Part shown: positions 26,722 to 36,772 of the stretch, one piece after another | Position numbering within the stretch: position 1 is the stretch's first letter | Layout: every line of letters begins with the position of its first letter | NCBI GenBank assembly: GCA_965232515.1 | Contig: CBDDPY010000002.1 | Span: 5,632,001-5,696,000 of the forward strand | DNA: 64,000 bases | Source: Alphaproteobacteria bacterium | GTDB lineage: Bacteria; Pseudomonadota; Alphaproteobacteria; GCA-2731375 | Direction of reading: 5' to 3' | Translations under genes and position numbers: made by a program | Notes under the pieces: generated by a model | Seen by the model: only the letters and a program-made list of their open reading frames with translations | Databases searched by the model: none | Told to the model about the DNA's origin: nothing

Positions 26722-27852
26722 ATGGCGATCACGCAGGCCGACATTGTGGCGATAAAGGACCGCATACCGCCGCAATTCAAACCAGCCGAGTACCATACCA
26801 GTAGCGCGGAGTTCACCGAGAACGCTGCCGATACTGGCGCGGCCCGTCCCATCGCCACAGTCAACCTGAGCCTTGATGCACCCGATGATCCGGTCAGCAC
26901 CCCGCACCGGATCGAGCGCGAGCAAATCAAACAAGACATCTTCATCGGCATGAAGGATATGGCCGACGGGCAAGACGTTGTTGCCCTGAATACCGGCAGG
27001 CAGGCCCGCGTCGTCAGCGGCGGCTCCGAAAACGCCAAGGAAGCTAAGCTCAGGCGCAACCGGGCCAGCGGCGGCGACTTGCTAACGCATCTCCTGCTTC
27101 AACAACAGCTTGACGCGGCGATCGCCGCGAACAACGAGCAGATCGCCCGCAACAACCAACGCCTCGCAGTGCTGGACCGCTATCAGACCGGATTGGAGCG
27201 GCATCTAGACAAGCTCGACAGCGGCGAGGAAATCGAACTGAATGAAGACGGATCGCTGAAGAACGCCGATGCCGAAGCCGCCATCAGGGAGTACGAAGAC
27301 AAATACGGCGTGAAGGTCGACCGCACTGACCTCGACTCCGTGCGCCATGTCCTGCGAGGCGTTCAGGCCGAAACGGATTTCATTCGCCGTGATAACGAAC
27401 GTTTGGAGCAGGAAAACCGAGAGTACGCGGCGCTGGGCCGGGAGCTTGACCGCAATCCTGACGATCCCGCGTTACACGACAGGATCGAACAAAAACTGCA
27501 AACCGAAAGCGGCACCCGCGAAGTAGCCAAAGCGGCGACGGAAGCCGCGACCATCGAAGGCAAGCAGGTGGTGCACGACAAAACGGTGGAGAGCGCACAG
27601 GATGCTGATCTGAAAAGCGACTTGATTGCAACGGGGACAGGTTTGCAAGACGAGATCGATCCGTTTGCCTTGCCAACCACTGATCAAAATCTGTCCTTCG
27701 CCAGTGACCTTGAAGACTCCCCGATCCGGGGCGGCAATCTCAGTGCGGACTTTGAAACCGCAAGCGCCGAAGACGGTGACGAAGCGGCCCCGGACAACGA
27801 TCATCAGCCTGCGGACATTACACCGGCCACGGGGCCATCAAACACAGTCTAA
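26722..27852 (+). CDS. Hypothetical coiled-coil protein with acidic tail
   Basis: ATG after an AGGGGGG RBS, downstream of an AT-rich promoter region (26570-26700). Confidence 0.72.
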   Translation: MAITQADIVAIKDRIPPQFKPAEYHTSSAEFTENAADTGAARPIATVNLSLDAPDDPVSTPHRIEREQIKQDIFIGMKDMADGQDVVALNTGRQARVVSGGSENAKEAKLRRNRASGGDLLTHLLLQQQLDAAIAANNEQIARNNQRLAVLDRYQTGLERHLDKLDSGEEIELNEDGSLKNADAEAAIREYEDKYGVKVDRTDLDSVRHVLRGVQAETDFIRRDNERLEQENREYAALGRELDRNPDDPALHDRIEQKLQTESGTREVAKAATEAATIEGKQVVHDKTVESAQDADLKSDLIATGTGLQDEIDPFALPTTDQNLSFASDLEDSPIRGGNLSADFETASAEDGDEAAPDNDHQPADITPATGPSNTV

Positions 27853-28337
27853 TCGGCAGCCGATCCGGCTGGCTGGTTCGCTGTCTGTGAACGCGGCTTA
27901 ACGACATTCTCGAAAGCCGCCACGATCTCTGTTTTTGTTGCCGGACCGATGTTCGGACCCGGATTGGGATGCGTCGAGAAGAGTTGTCCATCGGCGTAAA
28001 TCTGAACCGCCGACTCGCCCTTGGCGATATACATCCCTTTAACCGGATATCCCTCAAAAATGGCCTCGCGGGTCGTCTCCCGCACTGCGTAGAAGGCCTC
28101 GCGGTTCTGCCCATAAAAGATGACCAGGATTGCGTCGTTCGACTCTTCCGCCGCCGCAACGATGAGGTAGCGCGGCGAGATATCGCGCACGTCGCGCATC
28201 GGCACCTTGACTTCGGACAGCGAAGCCGGACGGCTTGCCTGATCCTTGCCGCCCGCGCCAAGCGCCGGTAGGGAAAAACCCACCAAACCGGACAGCGCGG
28301 CAATGACAGCGCATCCAAGAATCTTACGCCGGATCAT
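27849..28337 (-). CDS. Exported hypothetical protein
   Basis: MIRRKILGCAVIAAL.. signal peptide; GGGAG RBS. Confidence 0.68.
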   Translation of the reverse strand: MIRRKILGCAVIAALSGLVGFSLPALGAGGKDQASRPASLSEVKVPMRDVRDISPRYLIVAAAEESNDAILVIFYGQNREAFYAVRETTREAIFEGYPVKGMYIAKGESAVQIYADGQLFSTHPNPGPNIGPATKTEIVAAFENVVKPRSQTANQPAGSAAD

Positions 28338-28428
28338 CGGCGGCTCCCTTTCCCACGAACCTTGATGCCGAAGTTGCGCATAAAGTCATCAGGCAGCTAT
28401 TCCGCCAATGGAGGCGGTCATTACTGCC

Positions 28429-28580
28429 TCTCAGAAAGGGAACCCTTTCTTATATATTTACAGAAACTTTCTGGTTGTCACTTTTTCTTGTTTTCTTTGC
28501 CAAAAACCGTACTGTTTTGATGGTGAGGGAGCCTGTGCGGCCCGGTAAAGGGGCTGGCAGAAAGGGTTCCCTTTTTTACA
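28429..28580. repeat. Pair of inverted hix/gix-like recombination sites
   Basis: AAAGGGAACCCTTTCT (28435-28450) and its exact reverse complement (28559-28574), each palindromic about AA/TT. Confidence 0.7.
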
Positions 28581-28640
28581 GATGCGCGAAGCGCGCTGGC
28601 CTCGGGGAACCGCGAAAATTCAGATCAGGAGCAAGCGGCT

Positions 28641-29210
28641 ATGAAGGTCGGCTATGCGCGTGTCTCGACGGACAGACAGACGCTTTACCAGTATATCGAC
28701 GCCTTGAAGGCGTCGGGGTGCGACGAGGACAACATCTTCACGGATTGGGCCACCAGCGCCGCCACCAAAAACCGCCCCGGCCTGCAAGAGGCCCGCGCTG
28801 CCCTCGGGGCCGGGGACACCTTCGTGGTCCTGTCCATTGACCGGGCGTTTCGCTCAACTCTTGAGGGTCTGTTGTTTCTGGATAGCCTGCACCAGGAAGG
28901 CATTACCTTTCAGTCCATATACCAGTGCGTGGATACCGGTACGCCGGAGGGCCGCAAATGGTTCACTTATTCGGTTGCCGACGCCGAGTACGAGAGGGCC
29001 GTTATTTCGCGCCGAACCAAGGACAAAATGGCGGCGGCGAAACGGCGCGGCCAGCATCTTGGACGACCGTATTCCCTCACGATGAGCAAAACCCTGGCCG
29101 CGCACGATTTGGTCAAAAGCGGCCTTCCGATCAGCCGCACCGCCGCAAGGTTTGCTGTCTGCCACCAAACGCTGACGAATTCATTCAAGCGCTTGGGATT
29201 GCAGTTTTGA
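28641..29210 (+). CDS. Small serine recombinase (Hin/Pin invertase-resolvase family)
   Basis: MKVGYARVST, NRPGL, GDTFVV..IDRAFRS, AEYER..I..RT, LGRP, C-terminal HTH. Confidence 0.93.
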   Translation: MKVGYARVSTDRQTLYQYIDALKASGCDEDNIFTDWATSAATKNRPGLQEARAALGAGDTFVVLSIDRAFRSTLEGLLFLDSLHQEGITFQSIYQCVDTGTPEGRKWFTYSVADAEYERAVISRRTKDKMAAAKRRGQHLGRPYSLTMSKTLAAHDLVKSGLPISRTAARFAVCHQTLTNSFKRLGLQF

Positions 29211-29237
29211 GCTGCCTGCTCTCGCACGACAGGATAA

Positions 29238-29892
29238 GGCAATAAAGATCCTTCTGACACCAAGCGGGAAGCTCCGGAACGGCGGCAGCGGGTCTGCTAG
29301 CTGATGAAGCCATTGCGCTCCTGGAGAAGCCCATCGCCGAGCGCCAGATCAAACTCTTCGACGACCAGGTCTACCTGCAGAGCGTCATCGACTGCCATTC
29401 GCGCTACGCCTGGGGCCGGCTCCACACCTCCAAGCTGCCCGTGACCGCGGTGCACGTCATGAACAATGACGTGCTGCTCAGCTTCGAGGCGCGGGGCCGC
29501 GATCGCCATCCCTACGAACTGCTCCTCCAGCTCAAGGGCATCGAGCACCACACAACGCGCGTCAGGCGGCCGTGGTCCAACGGCCAGGTCGAAAGGCTGC
29601 ACAGGACGCTCTTGGACGAGCACTTCCGCATCATGGGCAGGAAGAAGGTCTTATGAAGCAGTGGAGGAGATGCAGATCGACCTCGACGCCTTCCTGGTGG
29701 CCTATAACGTCAAGCGACCGTACCAGGGTCGCGGCATGAACGGCAGGACACCGGCTAAGCTCTTCACCGACGGATTGCCCAAGCAGACCAAAGCGAAGAA
29801 ACTGGAGAAGACCGAAACGAAGAGAGCCGCCTAATGCCCCTCCCCCGCGTGGAGTAGGGGCGGCAGTGTCAGATGAATACCCTATCTGCACA
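29238..29892 (+). pseudogene. Internally deleted, frameshifted IS481-family element
   Basis: DCHSRYAWG..SKLPVTAVH..HPYELLLQL.GIEH..SNGQVERLHRTLLDEHFR / YNVKRPYQGRGMNGRTP split over frames; right end TGTCAG..TGCACA; weaker matching CTGACA left end. Confidence 0.82.
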
Positions 29893-30232
29893 TGTTGCCG
29901 TCGTGGTTGCCTCACGCCTTACCGCGAAGCTTTTTTGCAAGCTCGACTACACGTAGATAGCCATAGCATAACGCGTCTGGATGCTGTTCGAGTAGGTTTG
30001 AGCAGTATGGCGCCGCGAACACATGAGGAGTTAGGCATTCCTCGAAGATCACACCATGGACCAAATAACGAGCTAGTTCGGAGTTTTTACACAAGGTTTT
30101 TTTGAAGAAACAAAGCTCAAGGATTGCTTAATGCTTTCTCTTTCGCTCCTGCGCAAATTTATCATTGGAAAGCTACAACACGGGTTGCATGTGGGTTACG
30201 CTGTTTGAGCCGTCAGCGCCTCATCGGAGAAT

Positions 30233-30556
30233 TTGGAAATGGTCGATAAGCCGCAAGAGCACTCAGAGTTCGAAGTTGTAATAGAAGTTTCAGCAGAAAT
30301 CGTTTCGGTACGTAAGTACGAGAAAATCGAACCCGCAGGCGAGTTTGGTCCATATAACGTAGACAAAAGCTCAGAACCTTGGGTTCTATCAGTTCCAAAT
30401 CGAAGAACAATCCGTCTGCACACTTCTCCGTATTACAGACCTTATAGTGACTTTTGGACAAGCCCTCAAACTCGTTTTGAAATCCACAGCGGCCAATGGG
30501 TGGAGGGATATCAAAATAATGCTTGGACGCTATTGACCGATGCCGACCACCGATGA
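30233..30556 (+). CDS. Hypothetical protein, possibly the remnant of a longer gene
   Basis: 107-aa ORF in a low-GC region; broken open frames upstream. Confidence 0.35.
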   Translation: MEMVDKPQEHSEFEVVIEVSAEIVSVRKYEKIEPAGEFGPYNVDKSSEPWVLSVPNRRTIRLHTSPYYRPYSDFWTSPQTRFEIHSGQWVEGYQNNAWTLLTDADHR

Positions 30557-30621
30557 GAGCCTTCCTTAACTAGATCTGTTGGATATGTGCTTGATAGACA
30601 CGGAGCGATCGTTGGCGTTTG

Positions 30622-32554
30622 CTAACGCCATGGCCTTGATCGCGAGCACGATGCAAGTAGGCTGAATTTTTGAAACAGAATTGACCTTGTCATGCCAATT
30701 GGCCTGTGGAGCACTTGTTCCGTCAAGGTCGATATTCTCCGCTTTGAAAGTTCTTCTTCAAATAAGGCCCATAGGAAACATGCTTGAAGTCGGTTCTGAA
30801 TATCCATATCAGTTTTGACATCTTTTTCTCTCGTTAACGACATGAACGAGAATATCATTTTGGAGATTGAAGTACTAGCATTTTGATTTGCGTACTTCCG
30901 CGCCAACGATACGGCATACACTGAAGCCATAAATCGACTACCCGGCAATTCATAGTTTTCAATGCCAGAAATTATTTTATCCAAAATCAACTTGCCTTCG
31001 AGCACTAACCCGTTCCGAAAAGCAACATTCGCGTAATCGTAAAATAGTCCAGTAAAATGATCATCTATGTTCGTCTCTTCTTCTAATTTTAAATTCAATT
31101 CATCTATTCCCATTTTGAGATAGAGCTCTCCCAAATTCGCGTCTCCTTTAAGAAAACTTTGATCAGCAGCCAAAAGTAAAGCTCGAGCCTTCAAATCCGT
31201 ATCTTCCATAACTTCTCCAATAACGCGAACCGCTTCCGGATGGCCAAGTTTGGAAAGAATGTATGAGATTTTCCAATAGATAATGTCGATATCGGAATTA
31301 TCCTTTACCATCTGCCAGACTGCATTATCAAGTCTCCCAGTCGCCAAGAGAAGACCAGCAAGCGCTTCTTCGACCATATCTCTATCAACTCGACCATCTA
31401 CGCTTCCAAATAATGTAGCACTTTCTCTATCGTCTCCTTTCCAAGCAAAAACGCGAGCTCTAAGTTGCAAATATCTATTTCTAACTCTTGTATCGGCGCA
31501 TTGACTATCCCGTACCCGCGCGAAAACCTCACTGACCTTTAACGCTAGGTCGAATTCTCCGATTGCTAATAGGCTTGCAGAAATCTTCTCCAGTGAATGA
31601 TAACTTATTCGCCGGCAGTTCTCCGGAATGTGATTGAGAAGATCATGTACTACTCTAATAGCGAGCTCCTTGTGACCGTGAGCTGCTGCAATGGTAATCA
31701 TCGATTCGGCCGCGGGGCTAGGATATGAGACGTCACCGTCACCACCAACGTCTTTGTAAATCTCGTACATCAAGTCAATACCTGCGTCCGAAATGTGCCT
31801 TCCATGGTGATTGCGTTGTGGCAAACCGCTCAGAAAGCCGAGCTTAGAAGTTTTGTCTTTTGTTTTGATGAATTCAAATGCAGATTTAAAACCATCAGCC
31901 TCGACAATTCGATCGGTCAACACTATATAATTTACTGTTCCAGATTCGCGCTCACTTATTTCTTTGTTCAATTCATCGTACTTTCCATTGGAAGCATATA
32001 TTTCCATCAAGACATCTGTTATGAATCGCTTTTCTTTCTTTTCATTAGTTTCCCTCCTTATCCGTATTAAATCTTGGGTTTTAGAACTAGAAAACAATGC
32101 ATTATGCAAATCCGATGCATGAGTATTTCGCAATCTTGCATAGAAAAAAGCCAAATCTATCTCGCCCATTTCAGCGAAAGCCACGGATATTTTTCGAAAT
32201 TTTCTCCCTTCAATTTTGTAAATTCTTGGAGAATACATCATTTCTGCAGATATTTTGTTTTTGTATCGGCTCAGATCAAGATTAGATGATTTTAGCAGAT
32301 TGTAGCTTGACGAAAGCAATTCGATTTTTTTTTGCAAACCAATCCTTCTCAACTAAGACATCATTTTCGTTCATAAAAAAGGGACCATAGTTTGTTTTCA
32401 TAACGGTATCGAAGTAAGCGGCTACGGCACACATCCGATCTGGAGCTTTGAGGCACTGAAATGTGTAAGATTCTGACCCAGCATGAGGAACAAGAAACGT
32501 GTTCAATAGGAAAAAAATTGGAAGAAAAAGATAGTGCTTTATTTTTGTTGTCAT
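30622..32554 (-). pseudogene. Exported helical-repeat (TPR-like) protein split by a frameshift in an A9 run
   Basis: Signal-peptide ORF 32282-32554 (GGAG RBS) and 576-aa ORF 30622-32352 overlap across T9 at 32325-32333. Confidence 0.72.
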
Positions 32555-33118
32555 GATGTCTCCTTTTGACCTAAGCGGGTCAATCCGATACGGGATCTCG
32601 GCGATGAAGTGTCTGGGAATGACGACTTTTGTTGGATAACGAGATCCTTAAAGGGTATTTCGTTGGATAAATTGTTGCTCGGTTCTGCAGGCGTCGCAAC
32701 CAACTTCTAAACCCAAGATTGCCGAATCATGCAGAACTCGCATTTTGTAGAATAGATTGATTGTCCAAGATGGCAGTTGTCATTATCGGACTAATCCCGA
32801 TTCAGCCGACAGATATTAGGGCTGTTTCCTTGCAGCTTGCGACAGGCCTTACACCGCAGCTTTGTTAGGCTCGATTACCCGCGTATAACCCCGCCAGCGG
32901 CGACCAAAGTTATCGGGATGTAATACCGTTCGGTTTCAGCGTTTAACACACACGGCCTCAAAGCGATCGCACTAGCCGAGGTCTTCCAGCCAGACCGCAT
33001 AACGGCTGTCGATGGAGATGTTCTTTATATGTTGCATTCAGGCCGACGATAAGAAAACCGGTACGAGAGGCCAGTGGGTCTTACGCGGACCGGCCCTTTC
33101 CGGGGAAGCTTTGGGGCC

Positions 33119-33430
33119 ATGTGGAACCTCTACAGCCTGACGACCAATCAGGAAGCCATCAGGCGGTTTTTTGAAACGCAACGCGAAGAGGACGGTAACC
33201 TACCGCTTTTCCCGGCTGTCTTTCCGGGAAACGATGCGCCGGCTGTCCGGCTTGCAGAGGATCAGGCCGGCGAGCCGGCGATGATGAGTTGGGAGTTTGT
33301 GCTGCTCCAGCAGGGCAAAACGCCGAAGAGCGTGACCACAAGCTCACGACAAAAAGATTGCAGCCAGCCCATTCTGAAGATTATCCGTCGCCAGCTGCCG
33401 CCGCCTATTTTTTTGATCCGGCGTGCGTAA
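33119..33430 (+). pseudogene. Truncated SOS response-associated peptidase (SRAP/YedK) remnant
   Basis: MWNLYS (normally MCNLYS; catalytic Cys replaced by Trp), GNLP..P.VFP..AP.VR, M.W.F; similarity ends after ~75 aa. Confidence 0.75.
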
Positions 33431-33514
33431 TCAAAAATCGGCAATAACGTCTAGAATTACCCAAAACTTTTAGTCAATATCAATTGTTCCCTTCAACAAC
33501 GAGGCAGAGTTCTG

Positions 33515-34195
33515 ATGTCCATGTCCGGCGATCATGAGGACTTGCTTATGGAAGAGGCGCGTCTCCGTCACTTGGAATTCGAGGAATTTTTGTCAGACTT
33601 CAGATATTTTAGAACCAACTATGCAGAATTTTTGAAGCCTTTGGAAGAATTACAGAAACAATACTATAAGTCACAACACAATCAATCTGAAAGATACAAT
33701 CTAAAATCTGCAATGCGGCTAAGTCGCCCGATTAATAGAAAAAGCAGCTCTGTAGAATCAGATCTTCTCCGACGCGCAGGAAATGCTTTAAGGAAAAAGA
33801 TGAATGAACGAAGACCATACAATGACGGTGCCTATTTGGAGAATGGCCCTAATGCCATTCAAATGGAAAAGTACATGGAGGAATTTTCTAGTGAATACTG
33901 GAAGGAATTTGCCCTAAAATTGGGCATTGGCGGTAACAAATATGGTGTGATAATTGGCTTGGGAATCTATGTTTTTCTTCATAGTGAAACGGGTAAAGAA
34001 TTTATGGGAAATACATATGGAAAACTTGGATATAAAATGGGTTGGGTAATTGATAATAGATCCGTTATTTATACTAAAATCAGATATGAATACTCAGAAT
34101 CTATTCAGGAAATCTATGGTACTGCCGATTTTATTTTAAGAAATGCTGATTTTGTTTTCTTGCCATACGGCCCGAGCATCTACAGTTCTTACTGA
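33515..34195 (+). CDS. Hypothetical protein (low GC)
   Basis: 226-aa ORF with GAGG RBS. Confidence 0.7.
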   Translation: MSMSGDHEDLLMEEARLRHLEFEEFLSDFRYFRTNYAEFLKPLEELQKQYYKSQHNQSERYNLKSAMRLSRPINRKSSSVESDLLRRAGNALRKKMNERRPYNDGAYLENGPNAIQMEKYMEEFSSEYWKEFALKLGIGGNKYGVIIGLGIYVFLHSETGKEFMGNTYGKLGYKMGWVIDNRSVIYTKIRYEYSESIQEIYGTADFILRNADFVFLPYGPSIYSSY

Positions 34196-34228
34196 AAATT
34201 CTAAATCAAGTAAATTGGGGGAGTTCTG

Positions 34229-35824
34229 ATGCCAAAAGACTCAAAAACGAAAATTGATGAAACAAATCGAGATTGGCGATTATTGATCAATGAATTCACC
34301 AAATCTTACCAGATTCCGAAAGAAATTGATGATATAATAAAAGGAGAATTCTCGAATAAATTACTTGAACGGCTTGATGTCGACTTCGATTCGTTACCAA
34401 ATGCGGATTACGAGAAATATTCTCCACTTCATTTCGAGCCGTTGCTTGAAGAAGCGATAGAATTATTGGATGGGTGCGCTGCGATTAGAAGTTCTTGGAA
34501 CGAAAATGCAATACAATTAGCCGATTTTATGACGGAGATATTGGAATTCATAAGTAAGGATGTTGTTCAGTCGAAAGAAAGCGATGCTGGATTTTATCGA
34601 CTGAAAGTAGATGAAATTAGATACAAATTTGATTCTGAAAGTGAATTTATTGCTCGGTCTGAAGAAGCATTAACAACTTTGACTGCAAATTTGGACAACA
34701 ATTGGAGTCGCGAAGCGATAGCGGAACAGAAATTAGTGGCAAGCTTGAATGCAGAGGTTTCGTCTAAGGAATTGCATGAAGCGGGCAGTCATAGAAATTA
34801 TGTACAACACGAAACGGAACTTCTTGGTAAAAAAACCAAGCCACAGCATGTCCGGCGATATCAGGAAATCATGTCCGAGCACAGATTAAAGGTCGAACAT
34901 GCTTCGCTAAAGTCGAGAATTCGCTCTTTGGAGGGTGCCATTAGTTCTGCTGCAAAAAGGCGTGATGGCTATGAACAACAGTTATTATATGCTGAAAACG
35001 AGATGAATTTTTTGAGAAGAAGGTACGAGATTGACAAGCGATTGATACAGTTGAAGATGAAAATGCTACTTCAAAAGAACGGTATCGTGAATTACCCAGC
35101 AAGGAAAGCGAGAATGAAGGAGATTTTTGAAAATGATTTTTTGAAATCAATTCAGAAGCTTTTATCTGTTGCAGTCGGAATGAAAGAGATGATGGGATAC
35201 CAAAACGGTTTTCCCAAAAGCGGAAAAGGTAGTTTTTTTGATGAGTGCGAAAAATGGGCAGATGATGCACTGGAGTATTTGAGAATACAATCAAGAGCGG
35301 ATCAGTTATTAGTGTTGCCTATTTCATTGCGCTCATACGAGCAGGATAAATTTAATGCGGGTCGACGGAAAGGCATTTGGGAATTTACGGTGTTTGATGA
35401 AGAAGAACGCGGTACCAACGCCTATCAAAATTCATTGGCCAAATTTCTGAAAAACTTCTGGTGCGTTCGGCTAAGGGGCATGAGTGCGTATGTAAATCTT
35501 TCAAATGGTGGAACCGGCGCCACAGATGCTTGGCAGCTATTGGTTAGGCTACCTGCCAAAGGCTACGTTCGCAGAAAAGATGGGACTCTAGTCAATCTCA
35601 CTGGGCAAGATTGGTTGCCGCCAGTATCTATCGGCAGAGCGATGGGTAGTTATCGTGATTTCGTACCCGACAAGACAGGTGTAAAAGTTTTGCACAATGC
35701 AAGCCCGTTTGGAAAGTGGCGAGTAGAGTTAGCTGATCGATCAACGCACAACAGAACATTGGACAAGGTCGAAGATCTTCAACTAGACCTCCATCTGATT
35801 GTGCAGGCTACATCCCAACCATGA
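34229..35824 (+). CDS. Hypothetical protein: long coiled coil plus C-terminal beta-rich domain
   Basis: 531 aa, GGGGAG RBS; ends SPFGKWRVEL..LDKVEDLQLDLHL. Confidence 0.78.
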   Translation: MPKDSKTKIDETNRDWRLLINEFTKSYQIPKEIDDIIKGEFSNKLLERLDVDFDSLPNADYEKYSPLHFEPLLEEAIELLDGCAAIRSSWNENAIQLADFMTEILEFISKDVVQSKESDAGFYRLKVDEIRYKFDSESEFIARSEEALTTLTANLDNNWSREAIAEQKLVASLNAEVSSKELHEAGSHRNYVQHETELLGKKTKPQHVRRYQEIMSEHRLKVEHASLKSRIRSLEGAISSAAKRRDGYEQQLLYAENEMNFLRRRYEIDKRLIQLKMKMLLQKNGIVNYPARKARMKEIFENDFLKSIQKLLSVAVGMKEMMGYQNGFPKSGKGSFFDECEKWADDALEYLRIQSRADQLLVLPISLRSYEQDKFNAGRRKGIWEFTVFDEEERGTNAYQNSLAKFLKNFWCVRLRGMSAYVNLSNGGTGATDAWQLLVRLPAKGYVRRKDGTLVNLTGQDWLPPVSIGRAMGSYRDFVPDKTGVKVLHNASPFGKWRVELADRSTHNRTLDKVEDLQLDLHLIVQATSQP

Positions 35825-36376
35825 CAACCACAAACCGATACCCTAGAGATCAGCTTGCAGCATAGAATTCCACTCATCAAACGTCTCAAACAAACGGTTC
35901 GAACTTTCTCCTCCAAGGCGCACCGTCGGGCACTCCATGAATAGGTTCGAGTCCTTGCCTGTCGTCGTGTTTACGCTATGCGCAAGATGTCCCCTGTGTA
36001 TTACGGGGGCATCTTGGCAAGGGAAACCCCTTCGGTTTCCCGTTGCATCCCTTCCCGCCGTGGCGCTTTCAGGCATCGAGCCTTCTTGCGCCAATTCAGC
36101 GTATCGCCGCTTACCACTCGCAGGACGTTTGGCCGCCTGCACCCACCATTCAGGGAGACTTCGCTCTCCCCGAAACCCCATCGACCAGGCGTATGCCGCC
36201 ATGGACCAGCACCAAGGTTTCGCCCTTGGAGGCGACCAACCCTGTGCGGATTGGATGCGCGTCAGCGTTTAGGCTCTGCCCTTCAAGGAGCACCTCTGGA
36301 TACAATTGGTTGTGCATGAAAGCAATTTTCTCTCTTTTTGTTAGAGAAATGTGTATCCACCGGTTACACTACCTGC

Positions 36377-36598
36377 TTGGCAGACAAGGACGTAGGGCTT
36401 CGCATCCGGGTACAGCGAGACCTCCGCGAACGCTTCGCGGAGATTTGCCGTGACCAGGACAAACCCGTCGCGCAGGTAATCCGCGAGTTTATGCGCGAAT
36501 ATGTTGCACGCCACGCCTTAGGACTTGTCGAGCAGCTAGAAGCCCGGCCAAGCACGGAGCATGCCCGGAAAGAGACGGCGAGCAGAGAGCGGGGTTAA
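36377..36598 (+). CDS. Ribbon-helix-helix DNA-binding protein
   Basis: DVGLRIRVQRDLRERFAEIC..QDKPVAQVIREFMREYV; TTG start. Confidence 0.75.
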   Translation: MADKDVGLRIRVQRDLRERFAEICRDQDKPVAQVIREFMREYVARHALGLVEQLEARPSTEHARKETASRERG

Positions 36599-36772
36599 CA
36601 ACAACACTAGAGGAGAGTTTTGCCTCAGACCGCTGCGAGAGTTCGGAACGCCAGCTCGTTCGTGTGGTCCATCGCGCAAATCCCTCGCAGCGGGCTTGCA
36701 ATGGTCGAGCAAGGCAAGGGATCAACACCGTTTCACATACTCGCGCAGCTTTTTCCCGGAGGTGCCTGAGCT

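Noticed and set aside
35843-36330. Short overlapping ORFs between the low-GC pair and the RHH gene
   Set aside because: No recognisable motif or RBS; probably intergenic or decayed sequence.
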